This document shows positions 39,027-50,550 of a stretch of DNA of 64,000 nt, piece by piece. The stretch spans positions 1,280,001-1,344,000 of the forward strand of contig CAWETI010000003.1 in the NCBI GenBank assembly GCA_963812015.1, read 5' to 3'. The position numbers and the translations under genes are program-made. Position 1 is the stretch's first letter; every line of letters begins with the position of its first letter. Origin of the DNA: an uncultured delta proteobacterium (GTDB lineage Bacteria > Desulfobacterota > Desulfobaccia > Desulfobaccales > 0-14-0-80-60-11). The notes under the pieces were generated by a model. That model was not told the DNA's origin. It did not search any database and worked only from the letters and a program-made list of their open reading frames with translations.

Positions 39027-39197
39027 CTGCTTTAAAGGTTTGGCCTCGTCGATGAGCATGATGGGGATGTCGTCCTTGATTTCATAGACCAGGCGGCAGG
39101 TCTCGCAGATGAGGCCGTCGCCTTTATCGTTGAGGCGAATGTCCCCCTTGCACTTGGGGCAGGCCAAAATTTCCAGCAGTTCTTTGCTTATGGGCAT
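39024..39197 (-). CDS. ycaR: Trm112-family small protein
   Basis: Below the ORF cutoff; MPISKELLEILACPKCKGDIRLNDKGDGLICETCRLVYEIKDDIPIMLIDEAKPLKQ*; SD AAGGAG. Confidence 0.93.
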   Translation of the reverse strand: MPISKELLEILACPKCKGDIRLNDKGDGLICETCRLVYEIKDDIPIMLIDEAKPLKQ

Positions 39198-39211
39198 GAT
39201 GTCTCCTTAAA

Positions 39212-40159
39212 TTAAATTTTTGGACGTTTGAGACTGCTAAATAGCCCAGCAATTTGGTGGTCTTGAGGAGCATCGAAAGTAACTTTATATAGGCAAAGAC
39301 TCATCCCCACCTTCCCAGTTATAATTGATGGAGAGGAAAATGCTCCGGGACCAATTAACCATGGTGTAAAAGAAACCCTAATAAGTTGTTTGTTTATCTC
39401 TATTTTTAATTCTGCGACTGCTTTTCTATGTGAAATGTATTTTACACGCAAAGGATGGGTCTGTGCCAAGGGTGGGGGAGGTATTAAAATACTCATACAA
39501 TCTTGTCCTACCAAAGGATTAATTTTTGAAATTTCCTGTATTACACCAACTATAATTGCCTCAGCTTCCTTAATATTATTATGGGATAATTGATTAATTA
39601 AATATTCAATAGTTTTATTATTTATATTGGATGGTGGAAAAGCACTTATGGCAAATTTGTTACCGTGAAATGCATAACGTTCGGTGGACTTAAACATAAA
39701 ATCGATTTTGCCTGGAGGCTTTTCGAGCCAAGCGATAATTGGCCTGAATCCTTTGCGTCCCCACAACCAGCCAGCAAAAGATAGATAGAAACGACTATTA
39801 ATCCACTGGCTCCTTAATTCAGGTTTCATATCAGAAATTGCCTTCTTGCTTAATGATTCTCTTAAAATATTTATAGCTGGACCAATGTGAATAATTTTTG
39901 TCTTTCCAAAACCCATTGCAGGTGGCTTATTATCATTTATAAAACTTCTACCTATAAGTATTTCAGAAAGCCATTGATCCGTTGGTATCTTCCCGATGAA
40001 CGCATGGCCAGTATAAGAAATTGATAAAATACCATTTAGTGCACAAAATATAATACTTTTATTAGCAAGTTCATCAAATTTATTAGAAGATTTTGTAACA
40101 AGCCGGTCGGAAATTTGAAGAACTTGATATTTAGATGCATTTGAGATAATCAATGTCAT
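39212..40159 (-). CDS. AT-rich hypothetical protein with proteasome/HslV-type Ntn-hydrolase N-terminus
   Basis: After Met removal the residues are Thr1, Asp17 and Lys33, followed by SYTG; visibly AT-rich relative to its flanks. Confidence 0.6.
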   Translation of the reverse strand: MTLIISNASKYQVLQISDRLVTKSSNKFDELANKSIIFCALNGILSISYTGHAFIGKIPTDQWLSEILIGRSFINDNKPPAMGFGKTKIIHIGPAINILRESLSKKAISDMKPELRSQWINSRFYLSFAGWLWGRKGFRPIIAWLEKPPGKIDFMFKSTERYAFHGNKFAISAFPPSNINNKTIEYLINQLSHNNIKEAEAIIVGVIQEISKINPLVGQDCMSILIPPPPLAQTHPLRVKYISHRKAVAELKIEINKQLIRVSFTPWLIGPGAFSSPSIITGKVGMSLCLYKVTFDAPQDHQIAGLFSSLKRPKI

Positions 40160-40209
40160 TATAGATAGTCTCTATTCCTAAAAAATATTCTATTTAAAAT
40201 TATAAAAAA

Positions 40210-40944
40210 CTAACTCATATACCAGCCGCCGTTGACGTTGATGGTCTGGCCGGTGATGTAACCGTTTTGGGCCAGCATGACGGCCACCGCGGCCACTTCG
40301 TCCGGAGCGCCGAAGCGCCCCACCGGGATGAGATCCGGCTTGACCGTGAGATTGCCGGTCACCATCTCCGTTTCGATCAGGGCCGGAGCCAAGGCGTTGA
40401 CCGTGACGCCTTCTTTAAAGAGATGCCGGGCGTAGGAATGGGTCAGGCCCAACAGCCCCGCCTTGGACGCGGCATAGTGGGGCCCGGTGACGCCCCCGGT
40501 TTGGGCGGCCACAGACGAGACAAACAAGATCCGCCCCCAGCCCCGGGACCGCATGCCGGCCAAAACCTGCTGGGTCACCAGAAAGGCGGATTTCAGGTTC
40601 ACCGCCAGCATCTCGTCCCAGTCCGCCTCGGTGATGTCCGCCAGGGGTTTCTGGCTGACGATGCCGGCATTGTTCACCAGGATATCCACCGGCCCCAGGT
40701 CCAATTCGATGCTAGCCACCATGCGGGCCACCGCCGCGGACCGGGCGACATTGGCCTTCACCGGCAGAGCCCGGGCGCCGCGCCGGTGAATCTCATTGCA
40801 GGTTGCTCGGGCGTCGGCCTTCCGGCTCCGGTAGTTCACCGCCACGTCGGCCCCGGCTTCCCCCAGGGCGATGGCGATGGCCCGGCCGATGCCCCGGGAG
40901 GCCCCGGTCACCAGGGCGACTTTGCCGGTTAGATCGTCAAGCAT
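40210..40944 (-). CDS. Short-chain dehydrogenase/reductase (FabG-like)
   Basis: TGASRGIG, NNAG, YAASK, ITGQTINVNGG. Confidence 0.92.
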   Translation of the reverse strand: MLDDLTGKVALVTGASRGIGRAIAIALGEAGADVAVNYRSRKADARATCNEIHRRGARALPVKANVARSAAVARMVASIELDLGPVDILVNNAGIVSQKPLADITEADWDEMLAVNLKSAFLVTQQVLAGMRSRGWGRILFVSSVAAQTGGVTGPHYAASKAGLLGLTHSYARHLFKEGVTVNALAPALIETEMVTGNLTVKPDLIPVGRFGAPDEVAAVAVMLAQNGYITGQTINVNGGWYMS

Positions 40945-41027
40945 TTTCCGTTCTCCCCATACGTAAAGGAGTGCTCAAAATAGCCCTAAGATGGTAACCG
41001 CAGGCTTTTGCGGGAGAAGCCTCTGAA

Positions 41028-41104
41028 AAATCCCCCTAAATCTCCCTTTGCCAAAGGGGGATTTCCCACTATCCCCCCTTTTCTCAAGGGGGGCAGAGGG
41101 ATTA
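41028..41104. repeat. TCCCCCTTT...AAAGGGGGA palindromic repeat
   Basis: Two hairpin units; a related unit lies at ~16751-16774. Confidence 0.6.
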
Positions 41105-41152
41105 TGAATCCACACAGGATGCCCGGAAAACTTCTCAACCATCCTCATAGTA

Positions 41153-42199
41153 TCAACTAACCTCGGTTGGATTCAAGACTTTCTCACACGCAACCATAAC
41201 CATTTCCGGGGTGAGGTCCGTGAGGCACCGGGGCTCGGGGCAGCGGCGCTTGAAACAGGGGCTGCACGCCAGGCCCAGGCGGATTACTTGATGACCTTCG
41301 CCGAAGGGGCCGGTGCGCCAGGGGGCCGTGGGGCCGAACAGGGCCGCCACCGGCGTGCCCAGGGCGGCGGCCAGGTGCATGGCCCCGGTGTCGGTGGTGA
41401 CCGCCAGGCGGGCCTGCCGCAGCACCGCGGCCAGCTCTGCCAGGGAGGTGCGCCCGGCCAGGTTGAGGAGGGGCGCCTGACTCTGCCCCAGGATGCCCTC
41501 AGCCAACTCTTGGTCGGCGCGGCTCCCGGTGACGGCCACCAAAAAGCCCCGATGGCTCAGCCACTCCGCCAGGCGGGTCCAGGACGCCGGGGGCCAGAGT
41601 TTGGAGGCCCAGCGGGCCCCGGGATGGAGCACTACCAGGGGCTGGCCGGCCTCAACCGGGACCAGGGCCGAGGTGTCCACCGCCGCGTCCAGGCCCAACC
41701 GGAAGCGGGGCGGAGCCGGGGAAGCCCCCAGATAGTGGGCTAGGTTAAGGTAGTGCCGCACCGCGTGGGCCTCCGGGTCAAAGGCCGGCACCCGCTCGGT
41801 GAGGGCCAGGTAGCTCAACTCCCGGGTCCGGTCATAGCCCACCTTGCGGGGACTCCGGGCCAAAGCCACCCACACCGCGCTCTTAAGCAGGCCCTGGAGG
41901 TCCACCACCAGGTCGAAGGGGCGGGCCCGGAGGCGGTGCAGGAGCGTCATCAAGGTGGCCGGATTGGCCCCGGACAAAAATTCGGCGGGGCGCAGGCGGG
42001 GGGCTACCCAGACTTCGTTGAGGGCGGGGTGGCCGTTCAGCAAAGGGGCATAGGCGGCCTCCACCAGCCAGGTGATATGGGCGCGGGGATAGGCGGCCCG
42101 CAGGGCCTCCAGGGTGGGCAGGGCATGGAGCACATCCCCGAAGGAACTGAGTTTGACCAGGAGAATGCGCGGCTGGCGGGAAAATTTATTTTCAGACAT
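41153..42199 (-). CDS. waaC: LPS heptosyltransferase I (GT9)
   Basis: ILLVKLSSFGDVLHALP, DLQGLLKSA, HPGARW.SKLWP, DTGAMHLAAA. Confidence 0.82.
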   Translation of the reverse strand: MSENKFSRQPRILLVKLSSFGDVLHALPTLEALRAAYPRAHITWLVEAAYAPLLNGHPALNEVWVAPRLRPAEFLSGANPATLMTLLHRLRARPFDLVVDLQGLLKSAVWVALARSPRKVGYDRTRELSYLALTERVPAFDPEAHAVRHYLNLAHYLGASPAPPRFRLGLDAAVDTSALVPVEAGQPLVVLHPGARWASKLWPPASWTRLAEWLSHRGFLVAVTGSRADQELAEGILGQSQAPLLNLAGRTSLAELAAVLRQARLAVTTDTGAMHLAAALGTPVAALFGPTAPWRTGPFGEGHQVIRLGLACSPCFKRRCPEPRCLTDLTPEMVMVACEKVLNPTEVS

Positions 42200-42257
42200 T
42201 ATCCTCGATGCCAGGTCCCCAAAATTCGGGATCAAGGAGAGAATATCCGCGGTTTAG

Positions 42258-42315
42258 GTAGGGGCGGACCCGCGTGTCCGCCCGCTTTGGGGCGCACACA
42301 TGGGTGCGCCCCTAC
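42258..42315. repeat. REP-like GTAGGGGCG...CGCCCCTAC doublet
   Basis: GTAGGGGCGGACCCGCGTGTCCGCCC...GGGGCGCACACATGGGTGCGCCCCTAC. Confidence 0.8.
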
Positions 42316-42375
42316 AAAAAATGCCTATGGTTTCGCATAGTAACCCTGGAGCTTTGACAATTTTTTTTCTGGAAG

Positions 42376-42942
42376 TCATCCAACCTTTAAATCCTTCAAA
42401 ATCCACTCCACTGCTTCCAGGAGATCATGCGCCACATGGACCGGCTGCACCGGCTGGGTATCCCGGAGATATTGGTACTCCCCCCGGCCGTAGCCGGTGA
42501 GCACCAGGATGCCCTTGGCCCCGGCGTTGGCCGCGGTCTGGATATCCTTATAGCGGTCGCCCACGACATAAGAACGGGCCAGGTCCAGGTCGAGGTCCCG
42601 GGCCGCCTGCTCCATCAGTGTGGGCTGGGGTTTGCGGCAGGCGCAGCCTTCCGCCGGGCCATGGAGGCAGGCATAAATGCCGTCGAGATGCGCTCCCCCG
42701 GCGGCCAATAGCTGCTTCAGGTGCGCGTGGACCTCATCCACCAGGCCGGGGGGAAAATAGCCCCGGGCCGCGCCGGACTGGTTGGTGACCAGCACCACCT
42801 TCACTCCGGCCTCATTGAGGCGGCGGATGGCCGGGACCGCCTGGGGCAGCAGCTTAAAACGGCTCAGGTGGTTGATGTAGCCCATCTCCTCGTTGATGGT
42901 GCCGTCCCGGTCCAGGAACACCGCCGGTTGACTCATGGGCAC
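42376..42942 (-). CDS. gmhB: D-glycero-D-manno-heptose 1,7-bisphosphate phosphatase
   Basis: FLDRDGTIN, VTNQSG.ARG, C.H....C.CRKP, VGD. Confidence 0.93.
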   Translation of the reverse strand: MPMSQPAVFLDRDGTINEEMGYINHLSRFKLLPQAVPAIRRLNEAGVKVVLVTNQSGAARGYFPPGLVDEVHAHLKQLLAAGGAHLDGIYACLHGPAEGCACRKPQPTLMEQAARDLDLDLARSYVVGDRYKDIQTAANAGAKGILVLTGYGRGEYQYLRDTQPVQPVHVAHDLLEAVEWILKDLKVG

Positions 42943-44057
42943 TCCTTAAGCCAGGCCCCGGCGGCTGCCGCGACTTCGTCCACGCTGATGGCGTCCAGGC
43001 AGGAATACCCCACGTCGCAGGTGCGCTTGAAGCACGGGCTGCACGGGCAGGGATGGCGAATCACCGTGGCCCGGGAGGTGAAGGGGCCGGTGGCCCCGGG
43101 GTCGGTGGACCCAAACAGGGCCACCAGCGGCACCGAAAGCGCGGCGGCGGCGTGCATCAAGCCCGAGTCGTTGGTGACCAAAAGGCGGAGTTGGGACAAC
43201 ACCCCCAGGGCCTGCCGCAGACTGGTCCGCCCCACCAGATCCAGCACCGGTCCCTGGAAATGCTCCTTAAATTCGTCGGCCACCGGCCCTTCGTCCTTTC
43301 CTCCCAGGAGCACCAGGCGAGCGCCAAACTCCTGCTGCAGCACCCGGGCCAGGGCGGCGAAGCGCGAAGGCTCCCAGCGTTTGGCCGGGCCGTAAGCCGC
43401 GCCGGGGCTCAACCCCACCCAGGGGCCCTGGCCGGGGAGATCAGCCTCCCTCAAGAGCTGGGCCCCAACGGCTTCTTCCTCCGGCTCCAGGTAGAGGGTA
43501 GGGGGCGTAAAGGTGGCCACTCCCCCCAGGGCCTTGAGCAAGCCCAGAAAATAGAACACGGTGTGCAACCCGGCCAGCTTGCCGCGGCCGGACACGGCCT
43601 CCTTGAGGAAGAGGCGGCGGGCATCGGTGTTGTACCCGACCCGGGTCGGCACCCCCACCAGCCAGAGCCCCAGGGCGGACTCCATGGAGTTGGGCAAGGC
43701 CAGGGCCACCTCGAAGCGCTTGCGGAGTTCCCATAAGACCTGCCACTTGCCCTGGTCCGACGGGTAGCGGATGATCTCCGTCACCCCGGGCTGGGCCACA
43801 AAGAGCGGCGCCACCCGGCGGGTCGCCAGCACGGTGATCTCGGCCAGGGGAAAGAGCCGCCGCAGCCCCGCCAGCACCGGCAGGCTCATGACCGCATCTC
43901 CCACCCAGTTGGGGGCTCGCACCAGGATGCGCCGCACCACTTCAGGATCCCGGGTGAACCGGCGGGAGACCTGGAGCTGCTGATAGCGCTGCCAGACTTC
44001 CGGAGGCAGGGGCAGCTCTTTCGGTGGGTTGGATTTTTCCATGGGGGTGTCAGTCAT
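42933..44057 (-). CDS. waaF: LPS heptosyltransferase II (GT9)
   Basis: ILVRAPNWVGDAVMSLP, LPNS, PGAAYGPAKRW, NDSGLMH; start 44057 or 44042. Confidence 0.92.
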   Translation of the reverse strand: MTDTPMEKSNPPKELPLPPEVWQRYQQLQVSRRFTRDPEVVRRILVRAPNWVGDAVMSLPVLAGLRRLFPLAEITVLATRRVAPLFVAQPGVTEIIRYPSDQGKWQVLWELRKRFEVALALPNSMESALGLWLVGVPTRVGYNTDARRLFLKEAVSGRGKLAGLHTVFYFLGLLKALGGVATFTPPTLYLEPEEEAVGAQLLREADLPGQGPWVGLSPGAAYGPAKRWEPSRFAALARVLQQEFGARLVLLGGKDEGPVADEFKEHFQGPVLDLVGRTSLRQALGVLSQLRLLVTNDSGLMHAAAALSVPLVALFGSTDPGATGPFTSRATVIRHPCPCSPCFKRTCDVGYSCLDAISVDEVAAAAGAWLKECP

Positions 44058-44244
44058 ACCTGAGGTGAGATGCGGGGGCGCCGCCCCCTCTCCTTGATGG
44101 CTGGAAAATCTAGCCGCTGAGGTATTGTAAAACATTTTCCTCAGATCCGGTAGAGGAAGCCGCAGGGAGGAGCCCGGAGGCGCCAAGGGGCGGCGGTAAG
44201 GGTGCTTAAACAGGTTCAGGGAAATGGTGGCGGAACCTCCAGCC

Positions 44245-45345
44245 TCATGCCTCCCGACTCCGGTCCAGGGCCTCCAGGATAGGCTCGGCGTCCCCCAGCC
44301 GGGCCTCCACTTCCAGGACCCACAGGGGGACGCCTGCGTCCCAGCGCTCTCCCAGGCTGGCCCAATCCTTGGCGGTGGTGATGAGGGCCTCGGCCCCCAG
44401 GCTGCGGGCCGCGTCGGCCAGGTCCTGCACTTCCCGGGGGCTATAGGCATGATGGTCGGGGAAGGCCTGGAAACCTTTCAGGTCCACCCCCAGTTCCTGC
44501 AAGGTCGCGGCAAAGACTTCCGGGCGGGCCAGGCCGGCAAAGGCCATCAGGGCCCGGTGGCGCATGGCCTCCGGCGCTGCGGTCTGACCCCCGGGATATA
44601 ACGAGACCCGCACCGGGGCGATGGTCGCGGTCAACACCGCGTGGTCCGGGAAGGCTTGGCGGATGGCCGTAAGGTGCGTATGGTGGCGCTGCTCATCAAA
44701 CCGGGTCAGGATGATAATCCGGGCCGCCTTTAAGGCGGTGAGGGGCTCCCGCAAGGAGCCTCGGGGCAGGAGCTGGCCGTTGCCGAATGGGGAGGCCGCG
44801 TCAAGCAGCACCAGATCCAGGTCCCGGTGCAGTTGAAAATGCTGGAAGCCGTCGTCCAGCAGAAAGAGGTCCGGTTTAAACTCGGCCCAGGCGGCCATCC
44901 CCGCGGCATATCGGCAGGCCCCGGTGTAGACCGCCACCCCGGGCAGGGCCCGGGCCAGCCAGTAAGGCTCTTCCCCGACCTCGGGAGGTTTTTTATAGGT
45001 TTTCTGCCCGTCGGAGATGCAAGTGACGCCGGGGCTCTGCCCCCCGTAGCCCCGGCTGAGAATGGCCACCCGCCGGCCCCGGTCCCGCCAGAGCCGGGCC
45101 AGGCAGGCCACCACCGGGGTCTTGCCGGTGCCGCCCACCGTGAGATTCCCCACGCTCACCACCGGGGCCGGCAGTTTTTTCGTACGGAGCAAACCCCGAG
45201 CGTACAGGGTGCGCCGCAACCTGGCCCCCAGGCCATAGAGCCGGGCCAGGACCGCGGCGCCGGCGCGGACGACCGGGCCGGGAGGCGGGCCTTCGTCCGC
45301 CGCTCCCTGAAGGCGCCGGAACAGATTATGCCAGTAAGGCCGCAT
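44245..45345 (-). CDS. lpxK: Tetraacyldisaccharide 4'-kinase
   Basis: [41 protein letters not shown]. Confidence 0.95.
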   Translation of the reverse strand: MRPYWHNLFRRLQGAADEGPPPGPVVRAGAAVLARLYGLGARLRRTLYARGLLRTKKLPAPVVSVGNLTVGGTGKTPVVACLARLWRDRGRRVAILSRGYGGQSPGVTCISDGQKTYKKPPEVGEEPYWLARALPGVAVYTGACRYAAGMAAWAEFKPDLFLLDDGFQHFQLHRDLDLVLLDAASPFGNGQLLPRGSLREPLTALKAARIIILTRFDEQRHHTHLTAIRQAFPDHAVLTATIAPVRVSLYPGGQTAAPEAMRHRALMAFAGLARPEVFAATLQELGVDLKGFQAFPDHHAYSPREVQDLADAARSLGAEALITTAKDWASLGERWDAGVPLWVLEVEARLGDAEPILEALDRSREA

Positions 45346-45348
45346 AGT

Positions 45349-47502
45349 TTACCTTATAGACGAATTCAACGCCTCCTGGTAACATTTTTGGGCGTATTCC
45401 TTGACCATGCGCCGGGCGCTGAAAGGCGCCGCGGTGCTCTTGATGGCGTTCTTCATCAGTTGCACCCATGCTTGGGGAATGCCGTCATCGTCGGTCTGAT
45501 AGAACCGGGGCACCACCTGCTGCTCCAGGAGATTGTAAAGCGAGGCGGCGTCATGGGCATCGCGGTCCCCATCGGCGCTGCCGTCGATGGCCCAGCCGTT
45601 GTCGCCGTTAAAGGCCTCGATCCACCAGCCGTCCAGGATGCTCAGTTGGGGCACGCCGTTCAGGGAGGCCTTCATACCGCTGGTGCCGCACGCCTCCAGG
45701 GGAGGTAAGGGGTTGTTGAGCCAGACATCCACCCCATGCACCAGCAACTGGGCCAGCCGCTCCCCATAGTCTTCCACAAAGGCGATCCTGGCCCCCAACT
45801 GGGGGTCACGGGCGAAATTGAAGACCCGCTGCAAAACGCGCTTGCCCGGGTCGTCGACGGGGTGGGCCTTGCCGGCAAAAATGATCTGCACCGGCTGCCA
45901 GGGGTTCAGGAGAATTTTTTTCAGGCGTTCCAGGTCGTGAAAGACCAGGTCGGCCCGTTTATAGGTGGCGAAGCGCCGGGCAAATCCCAAGGTCAGGATG
46001 GTGGGGTCCAGCATCACCCCGCCCGCGGCTACGTTGGTGCAATTGATATGGTCATCCACCCAGCGGAGCCGGGCCCGCTCCCTGACCCGGTCCATGAGCT
46101 TGTCCTTGGCCCGACAGTGCACTGCCCAGAACTCACCGGCAGGAATATCATCCACCCGTTCCCACATGGCGGGATTGTCGTGATTTTCCAGCCAGTCGGC
46201 CCCCAAATACCGATTAAAGAGCAGCTCCAGCTTGGGGGCGATCCAGGAGGGCACGTGGACCCCGTTGGTAATCGAGGTGATGGGGACCTGGTCCTCCGGC
46301 TTATCCGGCCACAGAGGCTGCCACATCTTCCGGGAGACCTCGCCGTGCTTCGCGCTGACGCCGTTGCGGTAAGCCGACAGCCTCAAGGCAAAGGCGGTCA
46401 TGTTAAAGCCGGCGTTGGGGTCGGCGGGGTTGCGTCCCAAATTGAAAAAATCATCCCGGCTCAGGCCCAGGCGGGGGTAGAAGCTCCCGAAATACTTGTC
46501 CATCAGGTCGAAGGGGAAGACGTCGTGCCCGGCCGGCACCGGCGTGTGGGTGGTGAACACCGAGGTGGCCCGCACCGCCTGGACCGCGTCCGCGTAAGTC
46601 ATCTGGCCGTCTTCCATGCGTTCCCGGAGTCGCTCCAGGAGGGCGAAGGCGGGGTGCCCTTCGTTCATGTGGAGCATCGAATGCTTGATGCCCAGGGCCG
46701 CCAAAATCTCGGTGCCCCCCAGCCCCAGCACGATCTCCTGGAGGAGCCGCTGCTCCGGGTCGCTGATATAGAGGTGGTCGGAAATGCGCCGGTGGCCGGG
46801 ATCGTTGGCGGGGAGATCGGTATCCATCAGGTACAGGGGGATGCGCCCCACCATGACCTGCCAGACCGCCACGTAGATGGGCGGATCGGTCACCGGCACC
46901 TGCACCACCACCTGCTGGCCTTTATCGTCCAGGACCCGGCAGATGGGGGCGGCGTCCCGGTCCAGGACTTCGTCGGCCCCTTCCTGCCAGCCGTCGGTAT
47001 TGATCAACTGGCGGATGTAGCCGTCGGGATACATGAAACCCACGGCCACCAGGGGGGTCCCCAGGTCGCTGGCCTCCTTGAGATGGTCCCCGGCCAAAAA
47101 GCCCAGGCCCCCGGCATAAAACGGCAGGGAGTGGTGCAGGCCGTACTCCAGAGAAAAATAGGCGATGGGGGCGCACTCCGTGTCGGTGATATTGGCCGTG
47201 AACCAGCACACCTTATTGTCCAGGTCACGGCGGAACCGGGCCAGGACCGCGTCATAGTGGCGCAGATAGTCCGGGTCCCCGGTCGCGGCTGCCAGGATTT
47301 GGGGAGGTAAGACCGTGAGGAATTTGACGGGATTGTGGCCGGTCTCCTTCCAGGCGGGGCGATCCAGCATCTTGAAGAGCATCCGGGCCTCGGGGTGCCA
47401 GCTCCACCAGAGGTTGAAGGCCAGCTCGCCCAGCCCCGCCAGACGCTCGGGCAGGTGAGGAAATTGATTGTCAGGGCAGTCCATGGGCGCGCACACCTCC
47501 AC
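45349..47502 (-). CDS. glgP: Alpha-glucan phosphorylase
   Basis: NLWWSW, YAGGLG.LAGD, HMNEGH, FTTHTPVPAGHD, ARRFATYKR, EACGTSGMKA. Confidence 0.95.
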   Translation of the reverse strand: MEVCAPMDCPDNQFPHLPERLAGLGELAFNLWWSWHPEARMLFKMLDRPAWKETGHNPVKFLTVLPPQILAAATGDPDYLRHYDAVLARFRRDLDNKVCWFTANITDTECAPIAYFSLEYGLHHSLPFYAGGLGFLAGDHLKEASDLGTPLVAVGFMYPDGYIRQLINTDGWQEGADEVLDRDAAPICRVLDDKGQQVVVQVPVTDPPIYVAVWQVMVGRIPLYLMDTDLPANDPGHRRISDHLYISDPEQRLLQEIVLGLGGTEILAALGIKHSMLHMNEGHPAFALLERLRERMEDGQMTYADAVQAVRATSVFTTHTPVPAGHDVFPFDLMDKYFGSFYPRLGLSRDDFFNLGRNPADPNAGFNMTAFALRLSAYRNGVSAKHGEVSRKMWQPLWPDKPEDQVPITSITNGVHVPSWIAPKLELLFNRYLGADWLENHDNPAMWERVDDIPAGEFWAVHCRAKDKLMDRVRERARLRWVDDHINCTNVAAGGVMLDPTILTLGFARRFATYKRADLVFHDLERLKKILLNPWQPVQIIFAGKAHPVDDPGKRVLQRVFNFARDPQLGARIAFVEDYGERLAQLLVHGVDVWLNNPLPPLEACGTSGMKASLNGVPQLSILDGWWIEAFNGDNGWAIDGSADGDRDAHDAASLYNLLEQQVVPRFYQTDDDGIPQAWVQLMKNAIKSTAAPFSARRMVKEYAQKCYQEALNSSIR

Positions 47503-47650
47503 CAGGATTCGATCACCGGCGCTCGGTCAATTTAGCATATAATTCAAACTAATCCCTCTGGGGGGGAATGCAAGGGTGGATCGGCATGTGGAAGCAGGGG
47601 CGGTTCGAGAACCACCCCTGTTTCCTTATATCCCCCATCCTCACCCCATC

Positions 47651-49447
<1,797 letters not shown>

Positions 49448-49629
49448 AAGGGCGTCGGGGGCGGAAGCTGTTGTTTCCCCTTCTATACCTTATCGGCGGG
49501 CACTTTTCCAATAAAATCCGGGGAGTGAGGGAGGGGGGCCGGTGTGATAATGGTGCTCAGAGGCGACGTTCACCGGCCAATCCTAAGATGGCCGGGCCCC
49601 GGGGACTGCGGAGCAGGTCCGGCTGCCGG

Positions 49630-49782
49630 GGTCATCTTGCGTCAGGGTGCGCACGATGGCCCCGTCCTGCATGACCAGGACTGATCGGCCAGGCGCCGGG
49701 CCTGGTTCAGGCTGTGGGACACCGCCATGATGGGGTAGCGCTCCATCAGGGGGGGCAGGAGTCCCTCGATCTTCCGCAACTT
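49630..49782 (-). pseudogene. C-terminal remnant of an ABC ATPase (PstB-like)
   Basis: Translates KLRKIEGLLPPLMERYPIMAVSHSLNQARRLADQ, then a frameshift near 49681, then VLVMQDGAIVRTL; no start codon or Walker motifs. Confidence 0.65.
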
Positions 49783-49849
49783 AAAAATTCAGGGGCGGGG
49801 TGGGTTCGTGGCCACTCGAAAATCCCCTTGGGGGCTTTGACTAAACCGC

Positions 49850-50452
49850 TCAGGTCAACGTAATCACCTTGTCGGCCAACTGCATGGCGGTGACGATGTC
49901 CAGCATATTGGTGGTTTCCCCCACCTGCTTCTGCTCCAGGAGCTTGAAATGGTTGAGGCAGGTGCCGCACACCAGGAGCCTCACTCCGGAGTGCTCCAGG
50001 GCCAGGAGACCGGGCAGGACTTCGGAGCCGGCCACGGCCAGCTTTACCCCGCCATTCAGCAAGACGACGCACCACAGTTCCGGGCCCATCTCCTTGAGGG
50101 TGGCGATGAAATTGCCCATGAGCTTGGTCCCCAGGACCTCATCGCCCCGTCCTAACTGGTTGGCGCCCATGAGGACGAGAATCTTGCCGGGGGCCTCTGC
50201 GGTTGCCGGAACGAAGACCTGGCAGGCGCCGGCGTCCGTCCGGGAGCCGGTGATCGCGAAGCTGTCTCCCTGGGCCTCGGTCTTGGTCTCATAACCGGCC
50301 CGCTGGAGGAACCGGCTGACATTCTCCTGGGCGGCCGGGTTGTCCACCAGCACGGTGAGCCGCTCCACGTCGCCCCGGTCGATGAGTTCCTTGGTTTTGA
50401 TCACGGGGTTGGGACAGGCCAAACCCCGGCAGTCCAGATGTTTTTCCGCCAT
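49850..50452 (-). CDS. yedF: Sulfurtransferase-like selenium metabolism protein (TusA domain + DsrE-like domain)
   Basis: LDCRGLACPNPV, VDN.AA.ENV, G.GD..LG..LM, N.GVKL, CGTCL, VG.TTNM.DI. Confidence 0.9.
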   Translation of the reverse strand: MAEKHLDCRGLACPNPVIKTKELIDRGDVERLTVLVDNPAAQENVSRFLQRAGYETKTEAQGDSFAITGSRTDAGACQVFVPATAEAPGKILVLMGANQLGRGDEVLGTKLMGNFIATLKEMGPELWCVVLLNGGVKLAVAGSEVLPGLLALEHSGVRLLVCGTCLNHFKLLEQKQVGETTNMLDIVTAMQLADKVITLT

Positions 50453-50550
50453 GGCGTTAGGTTCTCCTCATGGTTGATCCCGGCGCGGCAGCCGCCCGGC
50501 CACCGGGAACGCGGCCGCGCCAGTTTGCTTCGGGCTAGTATAGCGTATCA

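Noticed and set aside
42933..44450. Long N-terminal extensions in the ORF track (waaF to 44450, GT4 from 15027, flippase to 21061, mvhD to 53664)
   Set aside because: The extensions overlap neighbouring genes or lack family similarity; downstream starts fit better
11632..47310. Long antisense ORFs such as 11632-12765, 19742-21001 and 45736-47310
   Set aside because: They lie opposite well-supported genes and reflect the scarcity of stop codons in high-GC coding DNA; no motifs recognised
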